Shown here: one piece after another, positions 1 to 11,536 of the stretch
Position numbering within the stretch: position 1 is the first letter of the stretch
Layout: each line of letters opens with the position of its first letter
Assembly: GCA_020184695.1 (NCBI GenBank)
Contig: JAANOX010000191.1
Coordinates: 62,001 to 126,000 of the forward strand
DNA: 64,000 bases
Origin: Histomonas meleagridis 2922-C6/04-290x
Lineage: Eukaryota > Protista > Parabasalia
Direction of reading: 5' to 3'
Program-made: the position numbers and the translations under genes
The notes under the pieces: generated by a model
What the model saw: only the letters and a program-made list of their open reading frames with translations
Told to the model about the DNA's origin: nothing
The model's database searches: none

Positions 1-1530
1 TTTCAAAAACCCATTAATTACATCATTAATTGTTGATATCATTGCATGAGAAATCATTCTTTGTTTCATTCCTAAATCATTTGTATTTTTTGTGATATAA
101 ATATTCTTAGAAATACTTGAAATGAATTTAATTCCAATTATAACACCATTAAATGAAACTGATTTACATAATACTTTTGAAGTATCGACAATCTTTAAAA
201 TATTATTAAAGTTTTCTTCAATATGTTCTTCATTCATCATAAATGGTACCATTCTTGTTATTGTAGATTGACAATTTATTGTTAATGTTGGAAATTCTTC
301 ATTTTGCATATTCTCAAATAAAAATGGTAAAAATTCTTTTGTCGTTATTTCATATGAAAGTGTACACATTGATTCAATTGATGATTGTGAAGTTTTAGCA
401 GTATGTGAATCAGTATAAAACAATGCTTCTTTAATGAATGGAATTACTATTTGTAAAAATCGTGGAATTTGTTCATCGGATATACATTTCGTATCTTTTT
501 TAGTTTTCGATTTTTCATATAAATTTGCAACTTTATTAATAATAGTGCAATAAAAGTTTACAAATATTTTCGCATGTTTTGATTTAGGTGTAATAATTGG
601 CTTCGAAATAGATGTAAATTCTTGTAAAACATCTAACGCTATATCTCCAAGTGTTCCTTTTACAAGTAATCGTGATATAAATTCGGCGGAATATGAACTT
701 TGTGTATCTTTATTAATACCAATGATGAATGAAATTATATTTCGAAAATTAGCATTTTCACACTTTTGTAAAGAGATGTTCTCATTACAGACTTTAATAC
801 TAGGATTTAATAACCGCATGATTGAACATATAATAGGATGTAGATATGGTTTCCAATCAAATGAATAAAAGTCATCTTCATCAAGATATGAAAAATATGA
901 TATCACCATTTGGGTGATAAGTGGATGAATAGGTTCTTTAATGAGGTTAATACAGTCATTGATGAACTTGGGGAAATAACTGGATGGAATTAATTGACAA
1001 AGTGTAAATGCTGCATAAATGGAATCAGACTCAACTGTCCCAATTTTATCAATATAAAGATGATATAAACGCTCTGCATCTGAGTCAGAAATATAAAAGC
1101 GGAAGAAGGTGAAAATGGTTGTCATTTCAGGATAAAATATCTTATGGATTATTCCTCCACGTGGATTGGAATAGCTTCGCCGATACTTAAGAATCCTATC
1201 CAAGGAAATAGTGATATTAGGACGAATAGATGGCTTAGATGTGATTTTAATAAAAAGTTTTCGAGCTAAATTTTGAACTTCGAAATCAATTGGTAATTCC
1301 ATTGTAATAATATCAAACAAAAGAGGTATGATTTTTGCTGTCTTCCCTTTGTCTAATTTTAATAATTTCTTTTGAAAATAAAAATCTATGAAATTAAGGG
1401 AAAAATTAATCATAGCAGAATCTCTGGTTTCAATTCCGTTTTTTAGATTAAGAACATTCTTTTCAAGTGATTCATCTGGGTTATAATTATCTGTATCAGG
1501 TATTTGTGAAATTTTTGTTTTCCAACCCAT
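1..1530 (-). CDS. PSME4: Proteasome activator PA200/Blm10-like HEAT protein, N-terminal part (runs off left edge)
   Basis: Hand translation from ATG at 1530 (MGWKTKISQIPDTDNY...) is stop-free for 510 codons to base 1. FDWKPYLHPIICSIMRLL and FRFYISDSDAERLYHLY resemble PA200 IDWDPYVPKIFTRILRSL and CRPYFPADATAEML as recalled. Not in the ORF track. Confidence 0.65.
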   Translation of the reverse strand, partial: MGWKTKISQIPDTDNYNPDESLEKNVLNLKNGIETRDSAMINFSLNFIDFYFQKKLLKLDKGKTAKIIPLLFDIITMELPIDFEVQNLARKLFIKITSKPSIRPNITISLDRILKYRRSYSNPRGGIIHKIFYPEMTTIFTFFRFYISDSDAERLYHLYIDKIGTVESDSIYAAFTLCQLIPSSYFPKFINDCINLIKEPIHPLITQMVISYFSYLDEDDFYSFDWKPYLHPIICSIMRLLNPSIKVCNENISLQKCENANFRNIISFIIGINKDTQSSYSAEFISRLLVKGTLGDIALDVLQEFTSISKPIITPKSKHAKIFVNFYCTIINKVANLYEKSKTKKDTKCISDEQIPRFLQIVIPFIKEALFYTDSHTAKTSQSSIESMCTLSYEITTKEFLPFLFENMQNEEFPTLTINCQSTITRMVPFMMNEEHIEENFNNILKIVDTSKVLCKSVSFNGVIIGIKFISSISKNIYITKNTNDLGMKQRMISHAMISTINDVINGFLK

Positions 1531-2558
1531 TTTTGAAAAGTGCTTCCACCAAAGTTGGTCGAAAGAATAATTTAAGCTAAGGACTTATCAATGAATAATT
1601 ATATAATAAAAAATACTTCCAACCAAGCTCCTTAGGCTCAATTTTATAATATGGAAATAATATTTTTCAAAATATATCCTTATTTCATTTCTAAATTGAT
1701 TTAATTTATCTTAGTTTTTTATTAACACAAATCAAATTTATTTAGAAAATGGATGAAAAAAAAGTTATTTATCATTTATTTATGATTTTTTTAATTTTTT
1801 TTGTTTGATTGAAATGTGATATAAAATATAAAGAAAAGTAATAATAATTCCTGATTATTCATCTTGTTTTAATGATTAAATAGTAACAAAGATGAACATT
1901 TTGATTACTTTTAATATGCATAACATTTAACCAATCGAAAATAAACATAAAAAAATAAGCTCATTGAGCTGAAGCTCGGGACGAGTATTACAACTTAAGT
2001 TATTTGGACCTATAAATTCACCACCAATATGATTTAGAACGTGCGTATGATGTTTTAAGAAATAATGAAAAAATACGATTTAATAACTTACAAACAAATA
2101 TTCATAAAATTGAAAATTTTTTATAAACTAAAAAATTTAAAGAATCACAAAATAATTTTTGATTTAAATAAAACAAAATACCAAAATGAATTATCATTTT
2201 TACTTATTCAAAAGTATTACCATTTTTTTTTAATATATATAATAGACTGATTCATTGAGATATAGATATAAAATTATAAAAAAGATAAAAGCAAATATAA
2301 AGGATTGGAAGTGAGAAAATTAATTATTGAGTTAATTTTTAAATGAGCGCATGATCATAACTAGATTGAAATACACCTATCAAAATATAGATGAATCTTA
2401 AACGAAAATAAAATAAATTTTATAATGTGAAAGATTTATAATGATAAAAATATAAAAGATAATATCAAAAACATTCGGTGATTGGGTCGTTATTAGATGG
2501 TTTCACAAATGTGCATCGGCTAGCCTATTTAAATTCTAGGTTCTTTGTTTATTAATTT

Positions 2559-3875
2559 TTAACTAAAATCTTTATCAAAGATTTGACCAAAGAATTCAAT
2601 TCTGTTTAGCGCAAGGTCGAAAGAGTTTCCCCAATTTACTTTATTTATCATTAGTTTCACATAACGGAACCACCCTTTCTTCATTTTTATTTCGAATATT
2701 TCTTCATTTAAAAAACCTTTGAGTGACCTATCATTTTCTCTTTGATCAAGAGTTATCCAATTACTTTCATCATTCGAGCCTTGTAGTTGCCAATTTTTAA
2801 GAAAATATACAGAAAGATTATGTGAATTTGATTTTAATGAATATGCAGTTAGAAAAACTTTTTTCTCTTTGAAATCAAACAAGATAAACGAATTTTCATA
2901 ATTTCCTGTACAGAAATCACCATTTTGTTGAACAATATTTTCCAATGGATAATACTTATCAGTGCTTCTTAATGATGAAGTTACATTTATTGTACCATTT
3001 GATATAATGTTTCCATGACTTAACTCTGTAAGATAATTAAAAATTCCATTAAATTTATTGATTCCATTATATTGAAATCCTAAAAACCTTTTGAAAAATA
3101 ATTCTTCAGATGGTTTTACTCGAAGTGAAGTGTTTATCGCGGGCCAAATGACTCCGATTTTATCAGATGGAATTGAATCAACAATGGAAGTAAATTTAAA
3201 TTTCGAAAGTTCTTCTTCTAAAAATTCACAACGAATAAATTTTATTAAAACAAAATATTTGGAATTTTGTTGAATTTTTTCGTATATGAAATCAAGTAAT
3301 GATTTCTCATTTGTAAGTTTAAGGTTATCGTTCCCTAAAAATAACATAAATTGTTCTAAAGTGAAATTTTGATACTTAATTTCTTCAAAATGAATCGCTC
3401 CATACTCAATTTCTTTATCTGTATTAGCTTTTATTTTCGCTTTTGTGTTTAAAATTTCCATTAAATTTTTGTTGTTAATTTCAAATGGCAATGATTCGAG
3501 AAGCTCTGGATTTTGAAGTAGCATAAAAATATTGACAAGAGGATCCTGAAAACCAGCAACACTTACACTTTGACCGTGCAACAACATTTCCAATTTATTT
3601 ATTATTTCATCAGTTGCATCCTCATCAATTTTTAAAAACCATATTCCTGAATCTTTTGCTTTCATATCTGAAACTACTGGAGAAAAAAATTCAGCAATGA
3701 TATCTGGTACTTTTAATGTTTTATTGTTTCTAAATTGAAATTCAAAATTATTTTCATGATTTTTAAAATTAATTCTTTTTAAACAACGTTGTGCAGCGAG
3801 TGAGAAATTTGTCAACCCTTTACATTTTAATTTTTCTTTGTATGGTTGAATACTATAATTGGGTTCTTCCTCCAT
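2559..3875 (-). CDS. Parabasalid-type BTB/BACK-like + C-terminal F5/8 type C (discoidin-like) protein
   Basis: 438-aa ORF; C-terminal FLKNWQLQGSNDESNWITLDQREND...WFRYVKL...LNRIEFFG is typical of this expanded family. Confidence 0.75.
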   Translation of the reverse strand: MEEEPNYSIQPYKEKLKCKGLTNFSLAAQRCLKRINFKNHENNFEFQFRNNKTLKVPDIIAEFFSPVVSDMKAKDSGIWFLKIDEDATDEIINKLEMLLHGQSVSVAGFQDPLVNIFMLLQNPELLESLPFEINNKNLMEILNTKAKIKANTDKEIEYGAIHFEEIKYQNFTLEQFMLFLGNDNLKLTNEKSLLDFIYEKIQQNSKYFVLIKFIRCEFLEEELSKFKFTSIVDSIPSDKIGVIWPAINTSLRVKPSEELFFKRFLGFQYNGINKFNGIFNYLTELSHGNIISNGTINVTSSLRSTDKYYPLENIVQQNGDFCTGNYENSFILFDFKEKKVFLTAYSLKSNSHNLSVYFLKNWQLQGSNDESNWITLDQRENDRSLKGFLNEEIFEIKMKKGWFRYVKLMINKVNWGNSFDLALNRIEFFGQIFDKDFS

Positions 3876-4170
3876 TTTTAGCCTTTAATATTGAATGGAG
3901 AACGTTATTCCCATTATTTTGTGGGATAATTATCGTTCCAATAGTAGTATCGGCGCTTCACTTTTTGAATATAATATTATAACCGATCAAAAAGTGCTGC
4001 CCATTTTCAACAACAAGTTCCTGGTGTAGCTCCAATTCGCAGCATTCAAATTTTAAATACGAATTAAAATAATTAATAAACAGCATTGAGCCGATATCTG
4101 AAAGATGTAAGTTCGACATGTATTCAGTGATTACACTCGTCGAGACGTTTGAAAAAAAATACAAATAGTT

Positions 4171-4730
4171 ATTGACAAAATTCTAAGCAGTTCAGAATCA
4201 ATTTACAAATTATTGCAAATATCAGAAATTCCAGAATCAACGTTGAAATGTTGGTGAAAGTAAATGGAGCTAAACAACAATTTGATACCATGGGACAACA
4301 ACAATGGCATCAGTCATCGGATATTCACCAATGAAGAAGAAACTGCAATTAAAGATTATATTGTTGCTATTTCTTTATCTCAAGGTTTATTATATTCTCA
4401 TGTAGGAGATTTCGAAAAATACATTAATGACGAAATGATCAAATAAGATTTTCTAATTAGCAGAGGATTTATCAATGACTCCAAGAAACGAAATAGAATT
4501 TCATCGAGGAAACCTCACGCAAAAAGAAGATAAACAATATCTAATGAAGAAAAAAAAGAATTCATCCAAAAAATTCAGGAACTTTTGTCAACATTTGATA
4601 AATCTAGAGTTATTAATTCATATGAAACATGTTGGAAAAGTTTTCCTGGAGGAATTTTGACTTGAACTGAAACAGGATCATACAAAGTAAAACTCCAAAA
4701 AAAGTATCAGTGTAATGGCAATATTTCGAG
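4171..4730 (+). pseudogene. Degenerate pogo/Tigger-like (HTH + DDE_1) transposase fragment
   Basis: One frame gives IPESTLKCW*...HRIFTNEEETAIKDYI...GFINDSKKRNRISSRKPHAKRR*...VINSYETCWKSFPGGILT*TETGS. In-frame stops at 4255, 4261, 4444, 4531, 4663; the DET Asp is replaced by Tyr. Confidence 0.7.
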
Positions 4731-4756
4731 GAAAAAAAAATATTATTATAATTACT

Positions 4757-7700
4757 TTATAAAATGTTTGGGATCATTCTTTTGATTGCTTGTTCTAAAG
4801 GTTTATCATCATAAGGTACCGCAATACCCAAAGAATCTCTATCCAACAACGTATCTCCATCTATATACAAGTCCACAACATTTACGTCTCCTTTTTCCTC
4901 GATAATTTTTGTGAAATCGAATTTCAACTGTAACTTATTTCTTGTTCTCATACTCATTCCGTTATTACTTTGTATTTGTTCGTTTGCATTATTTTCTTGT
5001 TCGAAATCAGCCAAAGTTTCATTTCCTGATTCATCAAATAATACATCAGTTCCATCGCCCAAATTGAGAAATTTCTTACGTAAATTTTGTAACAAATGTA
5101 AACATATTGGGGAACTTAATCCATAAAATTCAGGTCCGGAAATAGTTAATGATCGAGTAGCAGGCATACCAAGTTCCTTCTTTTTTTCTTCGACAGCCTT
5201 AACTACAGATATCCAAGGCGTAGAAGGTGTTTGTCCGGTGAAATAAATTTCGGGATTTTTCTTAAACTCAACTTTAAACAAAGGAAATTCACCGCCTTCA
5301 TCAATAATCGATGATCGATACCATTCCTTTTCTTTAGGGTTTTCTACTGAATGATATATATGTTCTGATACGAAACCATTAGTATATATGTAACGATTGG
5401 TTTGGAACTTTGGTTTATTTACATATTCACCTAATGATAAAATAGTAAGTGTTTGACCTATTTTTAATGGTAATTGTGGACTTCCATCTTCATTACTTAA
5501 AAAATTCTTCAGTTCATAGTCATGTAATGTTAATCTTTCAACGCCATTTTTATGCCGTTTGTTTGCAAAGATTTGTGTTATCTCTGCTAAACGTTCGAAT
5601 ATTTTACTTTCAAGTTTATCATTACCAAATTCACTTGTAATCTCGGGACAACTATCCATGCCAATTGTTCCATGTTCATCAATATATTTCAGTAAAAATA
5701 AATCTTTCGAATTTAACACATTAATATGTTGATGATAATATTCACGAATTCGTTTAAAGAAATCAACTCTTCGAAGAATTCTTTGTGCTGTTGATATCGC
5801 TTGTGGCGCTTCTATAAGGATTCCAATTTCAGGTGTTTTATTATTTACCATATCATCACAATATTTTAATAAAGTATCAACATATAATGAAATTTGTTCT
5901 ACTGGTATATCAGTCTTTAATTGTTCAGCAAATAATTTAGGATCAGGATAACCATATAAAGTTAAATATCTTATGATCATATGATGCATACGCTTACCAA
6001 TTCCTTGTGGTTTTATATTTCTTTTCTTTTGATTTTTATCAGCTATAGAAAATAGCCCGCTAACTAAACTTCGTAATCGATTAGTTAATAAAGTTGTTTG
6101 GAATTCTTTAACGCCACAAGGAAATTCGATTTTATCATATTGTTGAAATCCATATTTCCATGTCCCATATATTAAAGCTTTATCATCTTGATCAGTCCAA
6201 TTTTCACAAGGTTTTTGGATAAAAACTTGTGGTAATATAATATCATCTGGTGGGTTCTTTAATGATGTAGCATATGAATGTAAAAAGAATAACATTGTTA
6301 ATCGATTTAATTTCCATGAAGCTCCAGGAGATATTAATTTGAAATATTCTTTTTTATGTTTCTTATTAAACTTCTTTTCGAATTGTATATATTCATCTGT
6401 GATTGATTGTCGATATAATGATTCAAGAAATTCATTATGTTCTTCACTCGCATCAATATACCAACTTAAAAATACTAGCATTGCATGTTTCAAATCTGAT
6501 AATGAATAATCGTATTTACAATTTTCATGTATAATATGCCATCGTCCCCATCCAAATCTTAAAAATAACTTTTGTAATTCATTTATTTTCTTTTTGGACC
6601 ATTTTGATGAATATTCAACTTCTTTAATATTACTAATATCTTCATTCAAAGCATTCTCACGTGATAATTTATGTCTTTCAGAAATACTTAAGCCATATGA
6701 ACTAATGTCATCTTCTTGTGGAACTTGTGGTAAATATTTTTGCCAAAAATCGGGATCTGTTAAATCAACATTATTTTCACTTTCATCGATTTCGAATTGT
6801 GTAATACTAAACTTCGATCCGTCACTAATTAAATTATCATGTCGAATTTTTGTAGAATTTGAAATTAATGTATCGATATCTTCTTCTCCGAATTTTTCTG
6901 TAGAATTATCATCTTCTTCAAATGCAAAATATGCTCCAAGTCTTAAAATCCGTTCGATTTCTTCCGATTTAGAAACCTTTAAATCAGATTCAAGTACTGC
7001 ATGATCTAAACCTAATTTAATTGATGCTCTATCGAACATTTTCCGTTCATAACTTTTAGCAGTTATAAATCGATACATTTTAACTTCTTTAGTTTGTCCA
7101 ATCCGATGACATCTAGCAGTAGCTTGAATATCATTTTGAGGGTTCCAATCACTATCATATATAATAACAGTATCAGCCGATGTTAAATTAATACCAACAC
7201 CACCAGCTTTAGTACATAAAAGAAAGATAAAATCTTTACTGTTAGGTTCATTAAACTTATCTATAGCTTCTTGTCTTTGTTCACCTTTTACATGTCCATC
7301 AATTCTTTCGAATTCATATCCTTTATAAGTTAAATAATCATGTAATATATCAAGCATTCGAGTCATTTGTGAAAATATTAGGACTCGATGTCCATCATTT
7401 TTAAGTTTAACTAAAAGTTTATCAAGTAAAATCATTTTCCCTGCGGATCTAATTAATGAATTATTAATGAATTCAGAATCCATATCATCTTTATTAATAT
7501 GATTCATTTCACATCGTTCGATTAATATTTGATCTTCAGCACCATTAATTAAATATGGATGATTACAAACTTTACGTAATTCCATTGAAATGTTTTGTAG
7601 ATTTGTCATATTCCTTGAATGTGCACCACGTACTAAATATTCAATGTTCTTATTATATATACTTTTATAATATGCTTTTTGATGTTGTGTCATTGGACAT

Positions 7701-9127
7701 TCGATAATAATCTCTTCTAATGGTGTTAATGACTTTTCAACATCACTTTTCTTACGTCGAATCATAAATGGTTTAATTAATGTTTGTAATTCAATAACTT
7801 GTTCTGTTTCATTTAAGTCACCAAATTTCGCTTGGAAATCACTTAAATCATTAAATTTATTACTGTCCAAAAAATTTAATAATGTCCATAATTCATCAAT
7901 ACTATTTTGTAAAGGTGTACCAGTCAATAACAAAATAAATTCGCAATTAAATTGTCGCATTGATGTAATAAGTTTTGATTCATGATTTTTTAATCTTTGT
8001 GTCTCATCAACTACTAATACCCTCCATTGAATGCTTGATAATAAATGACATTCTTTCATTATATATTCATATGTTGTGATTAATACATTAAACTTTGGAA
8101 TGTTTGTACCCTCATAAAATAACTCATATTGCTTAAGAGCTTTTCGTTTGGATGAACTCCCACAAAATGTTAATGTTTTAAAGTTTGTCCATTCTTCAAT
8201 TTCTCGTTCCCAATGTGGAATAGTACTTAAAGGCGCTACAATTAAAAATGGACCATGACGCTTATGATTATCAGAAAGATACTTAAGGAAAATGGAGGCT
8301 TGAACTGTCTTTCCAAGTCCCATTTCATCTGCTAAAATTACATTCCGTTTTTCATACCATGACTTAACAATGAAATTTAAGCCTTCAAGTTGATATGAAC
8401 GAGCTTCATATCCATGTTTAGATGTGGGTGGGACTTTGATGGGCTTAAAACTTAATGGGTTCGGACGTGGTGGAATAACTCTTTTTTCAAGTGGTGGTAA
8501 TTGATTCAATTTTTGATATGATTGAATTAATTCATTATTGTTGATCTTTTCAGCAGGCTCCCATGTGACCATATCATAATCTAAATTTGTCCATTTAACT
8601 AAGTATTCTATTCTCCCATTTGGATCTTGACGAGAAGAAATAACTTTCTCCGGAATTTCATACGAAGGATCATAGTATGGCTCTTTTGGTGGATTTTTTT
8701 CATATTTTTTCCAATACCTTGAAAATTGCATTTGACCGGCTCGAGTAATTGTAACTTGTTCTTTGATAATCCATTCACAATCTTTATAACTCTTGCCATT
8801 AATTTTAACAAATAAGAATAAATTTCCATCATCATCATAACGATGTGCTAATATCTTTTGTACCCATCCTTTTTGATGAATAGTAGTCCCACTTTCATCA
8901 TCATCATCAAGAAAGTCTAAGGATATGAAATCACTAGAAACACTCCGAGATATTGACGAACTTTCTGTTGACTCTGTTCTTTCTGTAATTTCTCCATTCA
9001 TGCTTCTTGTTCTGATACGAGAAAATTCATCTGATTCTGAATCGATTTCATCAGAACTAATACCAGTAGTTGGTAAAGGTGAGTCAAAGCCCACCTTCTT
9101 TTGAGGGATATTTTTTGTATACATCAT
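4757..9127 (-). CDS. CHD-family SNF2 chromatin remodeller (tandem chromodomains, helicase, C-terminal FYRN/FYRC)
   Basis: Two chromodomains (YLVKWTNLDYDMVTWE), ILADEMGLGKT, LRKVCNHPYLINGAED (CHD6-9-like), DSDWNPQNDIQATARCHRIGQ, FYR-type tail (YIYTNGF...SGPEFYGLSSP). Confidence 0.93.
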   Translation of the reverse strand: MMYTKNIPQKKVGFDSPLPTTGISSDEIDSESDEFSRIRTRSMNGEITERTESTESSSISRSVSSDFISLDFLDDDDESGTTIHQKGWVQKILAHRYDDDGNLFLFVKINGKSYKDCEWIIKEQVTITRAGQMQFSRYWKKYEKNPPKEPYYDPSYEIPEKVISSRQDPNGRIEYLVKWTNLDYDMVTWEPAEKINNNELIQSYQKLNQLPPLEKRVIPPRPNPLSFKPIKVPPTSKHGYEARSYQLEGLNFIVKSWYEKRNVILADEMGLGKTVQASIFLKYLSDNHKRHGPFLIVAPLSTIPHWEREIEEWTNFKTLTFCGSSSKRKALKQYELFYEGTNIPKFNVLITTYEYIMKECHLLSSIQWRVLVVDETQRLKNHESKLITSMRQFNCEFILLLTGTPLQNSIDELWTLLNFLDSNKFNDLSDFQAKFGDLNETEQVIELQTLIKPFMIRRKKSDVEKSLTPLEEIIIECPMTQHQKAYYKSIYNKNIEYLVRGAHSRNMTNLQNISMELRKVCNHPYLINGAEDQILIERCEMNHINKDDMDSEFINNSLIRSAGKMILLDKLLVKLKNDGHRVLIFSQMTRMLDILHDYLTYKGYEFERIDGHVKGEQRQEAIDKFNEPNSKDFIFLLCTKAGGVGINLTSADTVIIYDSDWNPQNDIQATARCHRIGQTKEVKMYRFITAKSYERKMFDRASIKLGLDHAVLESDLKVSKSEEIERILRLGAYFAFEEDDNSTEKFGEEDIDTLISNSTKIRHDNLISDGSKFSITQFEIDESENNVDLTDPDFWQKYLPQVPQEDDISSYGLSISERHKLSRENALNEDISNIKEVEYSSKWSKKKINELQKLFLRFGWGRWHIIHENCKYDYSLSDLKHAMLVFLSWYIDASEEHNEFLESLYRQSITDEYIQFEKKFNKKHKKEYFKLISPGASWKLNRLTMLFFLHSYATSLKNPPDDIILPQVFIQKPCENWTDQDDKALIYGTWKYGFQQYDKIEFPCGVKEFQTTLLTNRLRSLVSGLFSIADKNQKKRNIKPQGIGKRMHHMIIRYLTLYGYPDPKLFAEQLKTDIPVEQISLYVDTLLKYCDDMVNNKTPEIGILIEAPQAISTAQRILRRVDFFKRIREYYHQHINVLNSKDLFLLKYIDEHGTIGMDSCPEITSEFGNDKLESKIFERLAEITQIFANKRHKNGVERLTLHDYELKNFLSNEDGSPQLPLKIGQTLTILSLGEYVNKPKFQTNRYIYTNGFVSEHIYHSVENPKEKEWYRSSIIDEGGEFPLFKVEFKKNPEIYFTGQTPSTPWISVVKAVEEKKKELGMPATRSLTISGPEFYGLSSPICLHLLQNLRKKFLNLGDGTDVLFDESGNETLADFEQENNANEQIQSNNGMSMRTRNKLQLKFDFTKIIEEKGDVNVVDLYIDGDTLLDRDSLGIAVPYDDKPLEQAIKRMIPNIL

Positions 9128-9561
9128 TCTTTTTTGGGCTTTATGAACTTATTCAAAGAACAAAAAAACTTAACGTACATCATGATGTGTTCTCCAAAAA
9201 TTCAATTGAATTGAACTGCCGCGAAGATCGAACAAAGTTCCAAAAATTCTCTGCAATTAACGAGTAGTAACTTTGTTATGGCAATGTTACAACTTAATGA
9301 GAACAAATGATTTATAGAAATCATAAATTTATAGAAAAGGATAATTTTAAAAATATGATCAAGAAGATTCTTCTTTAGTATCTTCAAATGATCAAATTTT
9401 AAAATTTAAATTTTTAAAATGAACAATTCCTGAATACATATTTTCTCCGATGTATCGATCAAATATTATTGTGAGCACATTACTTGTTATTGATATTCCA
9501 TAATTATTATACATCTAAAATAAATTTTTGTAGTTACTTTTTTATTTTAAAAATTTTGATT

Positions 9562-10644
9562 CTAACTGTTTTCCTGGTAATGCATGAATCGCACTCGTGT
9601 CGAAGGTTCAAATACATATTTTGAAATCAAATTTTCAGCATGTGTGCTTTCATATTGATTAACATAAAATGTTACCTCTAAGTTTTCAAGTCCTTTAAAA
9701 GCATTACGTGCAATAAAAGCTACTAATTTCCAAATGTACACAGATTCCAGATTTATACAACCAACAAATGCTTTAAATCCTATATGTTTTATTTTTGGCA
9801 TTAATACAAGATAAAATATACCAGCACATCCATAAAATGCTTTATCTTCGATTAATTCAACATTTTCTGTGTAAAATGCTTTTAAAGGGAATACATGTGT
9901 ATAAAATGCATAACTTTTAATAATAATAACTGAATCAAGTATCGTAACTTCTTTTCTTCCTGGTGGACATAAATAAATTTCTTTATAGAGACCGGAATAT
10001 ACAATACCGTCTTCATTAAAATTATAAAACCTTTGATTAACGTGCTTAAAAGGAATAATTACTGCCTCAAGTGTAGAGCAACATTGAAATGAAAAAGGGT
10101 GTAATATTTCAATAAATGGGTTAAGATGAATTTCATTTAAATTTCTACATCTTGAAAACGCAAATGCTTCAATTTCAATAATATTATCTAAGTTTAAAAT
10201 ATTATGCAATTTTATGCATGCTTCAAAGGCATTTCTGCAAATTATTTTTAAATTTTCATTACAAATAAATTCCGCAAGTTCTGTGCAATGAATAAAAGTT
10301 TCTCTATTTATAATTTCAACTTTTGAAGCAGACATATCAAATTTTTTGATATCTCCCCAGTAAGAAAATGCTCTTTCATCAATAAATCGAACATCCTTAG
10401 ATAAAACCACTGTTTGAATAAGTGGATTTTTATACAAACCAACTTTGATTTCTTGCATTTCGAGAAAGAGAACTGAGTCATCAACTGGAGGAGATTCATT
10501 ATCTTGACCCGTTCTAGAATCTTGTTGAAAAATAAGATAATCAAGTTCGCTGTATAAATTTTTTCTAATTTGTTCATCTTCTCCAATACAGAATCCATTT
10601 GAAGATAGTAAAATAATTATTATATCAATCAAATAGATAAACAT
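9562..10644 (-). CDS. BspA-like TpLRR (LRR_5) protein, predicted secreted
   Basis: Repeated xIxxxAFxxCxxL units; hydrophobic N-terminus; no C-terminal TM helix. Confidence 0.85.
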   Translation of the reverse strand: MFIYLIDIIIILLSSNGFCIGEDEQIRKNLYSELDYLIFQQDSRTGQDNESPPVDDSVLFLEMQEIKVGLYKNPLIQTVVLSKDVRFIDERAFSYWGDIKKFDMSASKVEIINRETFIHCTELAEFICNENLKIICRNAFEACIKLHNILNLDNIIEIEAFAFSRCRNLNEIHLNPFIEILHPFSFQCCSTLEAVIIPFKHVNQRFYNFNEDGIVYSGLYKEIYLCPPGRKEVTILDSVIIIKSYAFYTHVFPLKAFYTENVELIEDKAFYGCAGIFYLVLMPKIKHIGFKAFVGCINLESVYIWKLVAFIARNAFKGLENLEVTFYVNQYESTHAENLISKYVFEPSTRVRFMHYQENS

Positions 10645-11023
10645 TCAAAAAAATGATACAGTATTTATTTAACATAAGTTATATTAAATAATGTTTCAAG
10701 ATTTCTTTGTATCATGTTAAAGGGACTCTAACTTTTTACTCATTTTTATTAAATACTTGAAAATTATATATATAAAACAAATATTTAATTTATTTTTTTA
10801 TGTGTCATTAAAATATTCATAATGTTTTACCATAAAAGAAAATTTTTATATGAAATAATTTAAAGTATTATCATACACAAATATTTTTTTCTTTTGTTGA
10901 CAAATAAATATTTTTCATATTCTTAAAATAAAAATATTTTACTTGTAAAGTGTTTTATCATATATTACTTTAAATAAAGAGTTTTTCTGGGAATTTGTCA
11001 TAGCAGCATTTATTGATAATAAA

Positions 11024-11521
11024 TTATTGATTTGGATTAGAAGTATTTGGATCTGTCTGTTGTTCAATTTGAGTCTGTGGTTGAGGGGAAATCATTGTGT
11101 TATTTAATGAGAACTGATTACTGAATCCATCAGATATTCCCTTAGTTCGCTTATTCTTATTTTCTAATCCAAGCCATTTCTTCTTTAAATCTCTGCTAGT
11201 TCGACCAGTTGGACCAAATATTGTATGATAATCTCCAAGAATTTTTGCCCAATTTCCTTTTCCATGTTTTTCAACTCCAGAACGTAATGCGTCTATTTCA
11301 ATTGTTGACCAGCGCATTGGAATACGCTTTCCATCACTTATCATCCTTGTGACTGGTTCTGGATGATGAATCTGTGGTGTATCTTTTTTTGCTGAAAATT
11401 CATTTTTCATATAAATTGAATAACAACGCATTACATCCATATGTGTAAATGTTTGATGAGGAAGTGTTGCAATAAATGTATCAATTTCTGCATCTGTTAT
11501 TGGGGTGTCTTGGAAATTCAT
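11024..11521 (-). CDS. Telobox/TRF-like single-Myb DNA-binding protein
   Basis: RWSTIEIDALRSGVEKHGKGNWAKIL...RTSRDLKKKW. Confidence 0.85.
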   Translation of the reverse strand: MNFQDTPITDAEIDTFIATLPHQTFTHMDVMRCYSIYMKNEFSAKKDTPQIHHPEPVTRMISDGKRIPMRWSTIEIDALRSGVEKHGKGNWAKILGDYHTIFGPTGRTSRDLKKKWLGLENKNKRTKGISDGFSNQFSLNNTMISPQPQTQIEQQTDPNTSNPNQ

Positions 11522-11525
11522 TTGC

Positions 11526-11536
11526 AGTGAGTCACT
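11526..11536. promoter_or_regulatory. Palindromic back-to-back initiator (Inr) elements between divergent genes
   Basis: AGTGA-G-TCACT gives TCACT on both strands; the minus copy lies just upstream of the Myb ATG at 11521. Confidence 0.55.

Noticed and set aside
1950-2260. ORF 2065-2250 and an alternative-frame stretch YDLERAYDVLRNNEKIRF
   Set aside because: Low-complexity or multiply interrupted; no family recognised.
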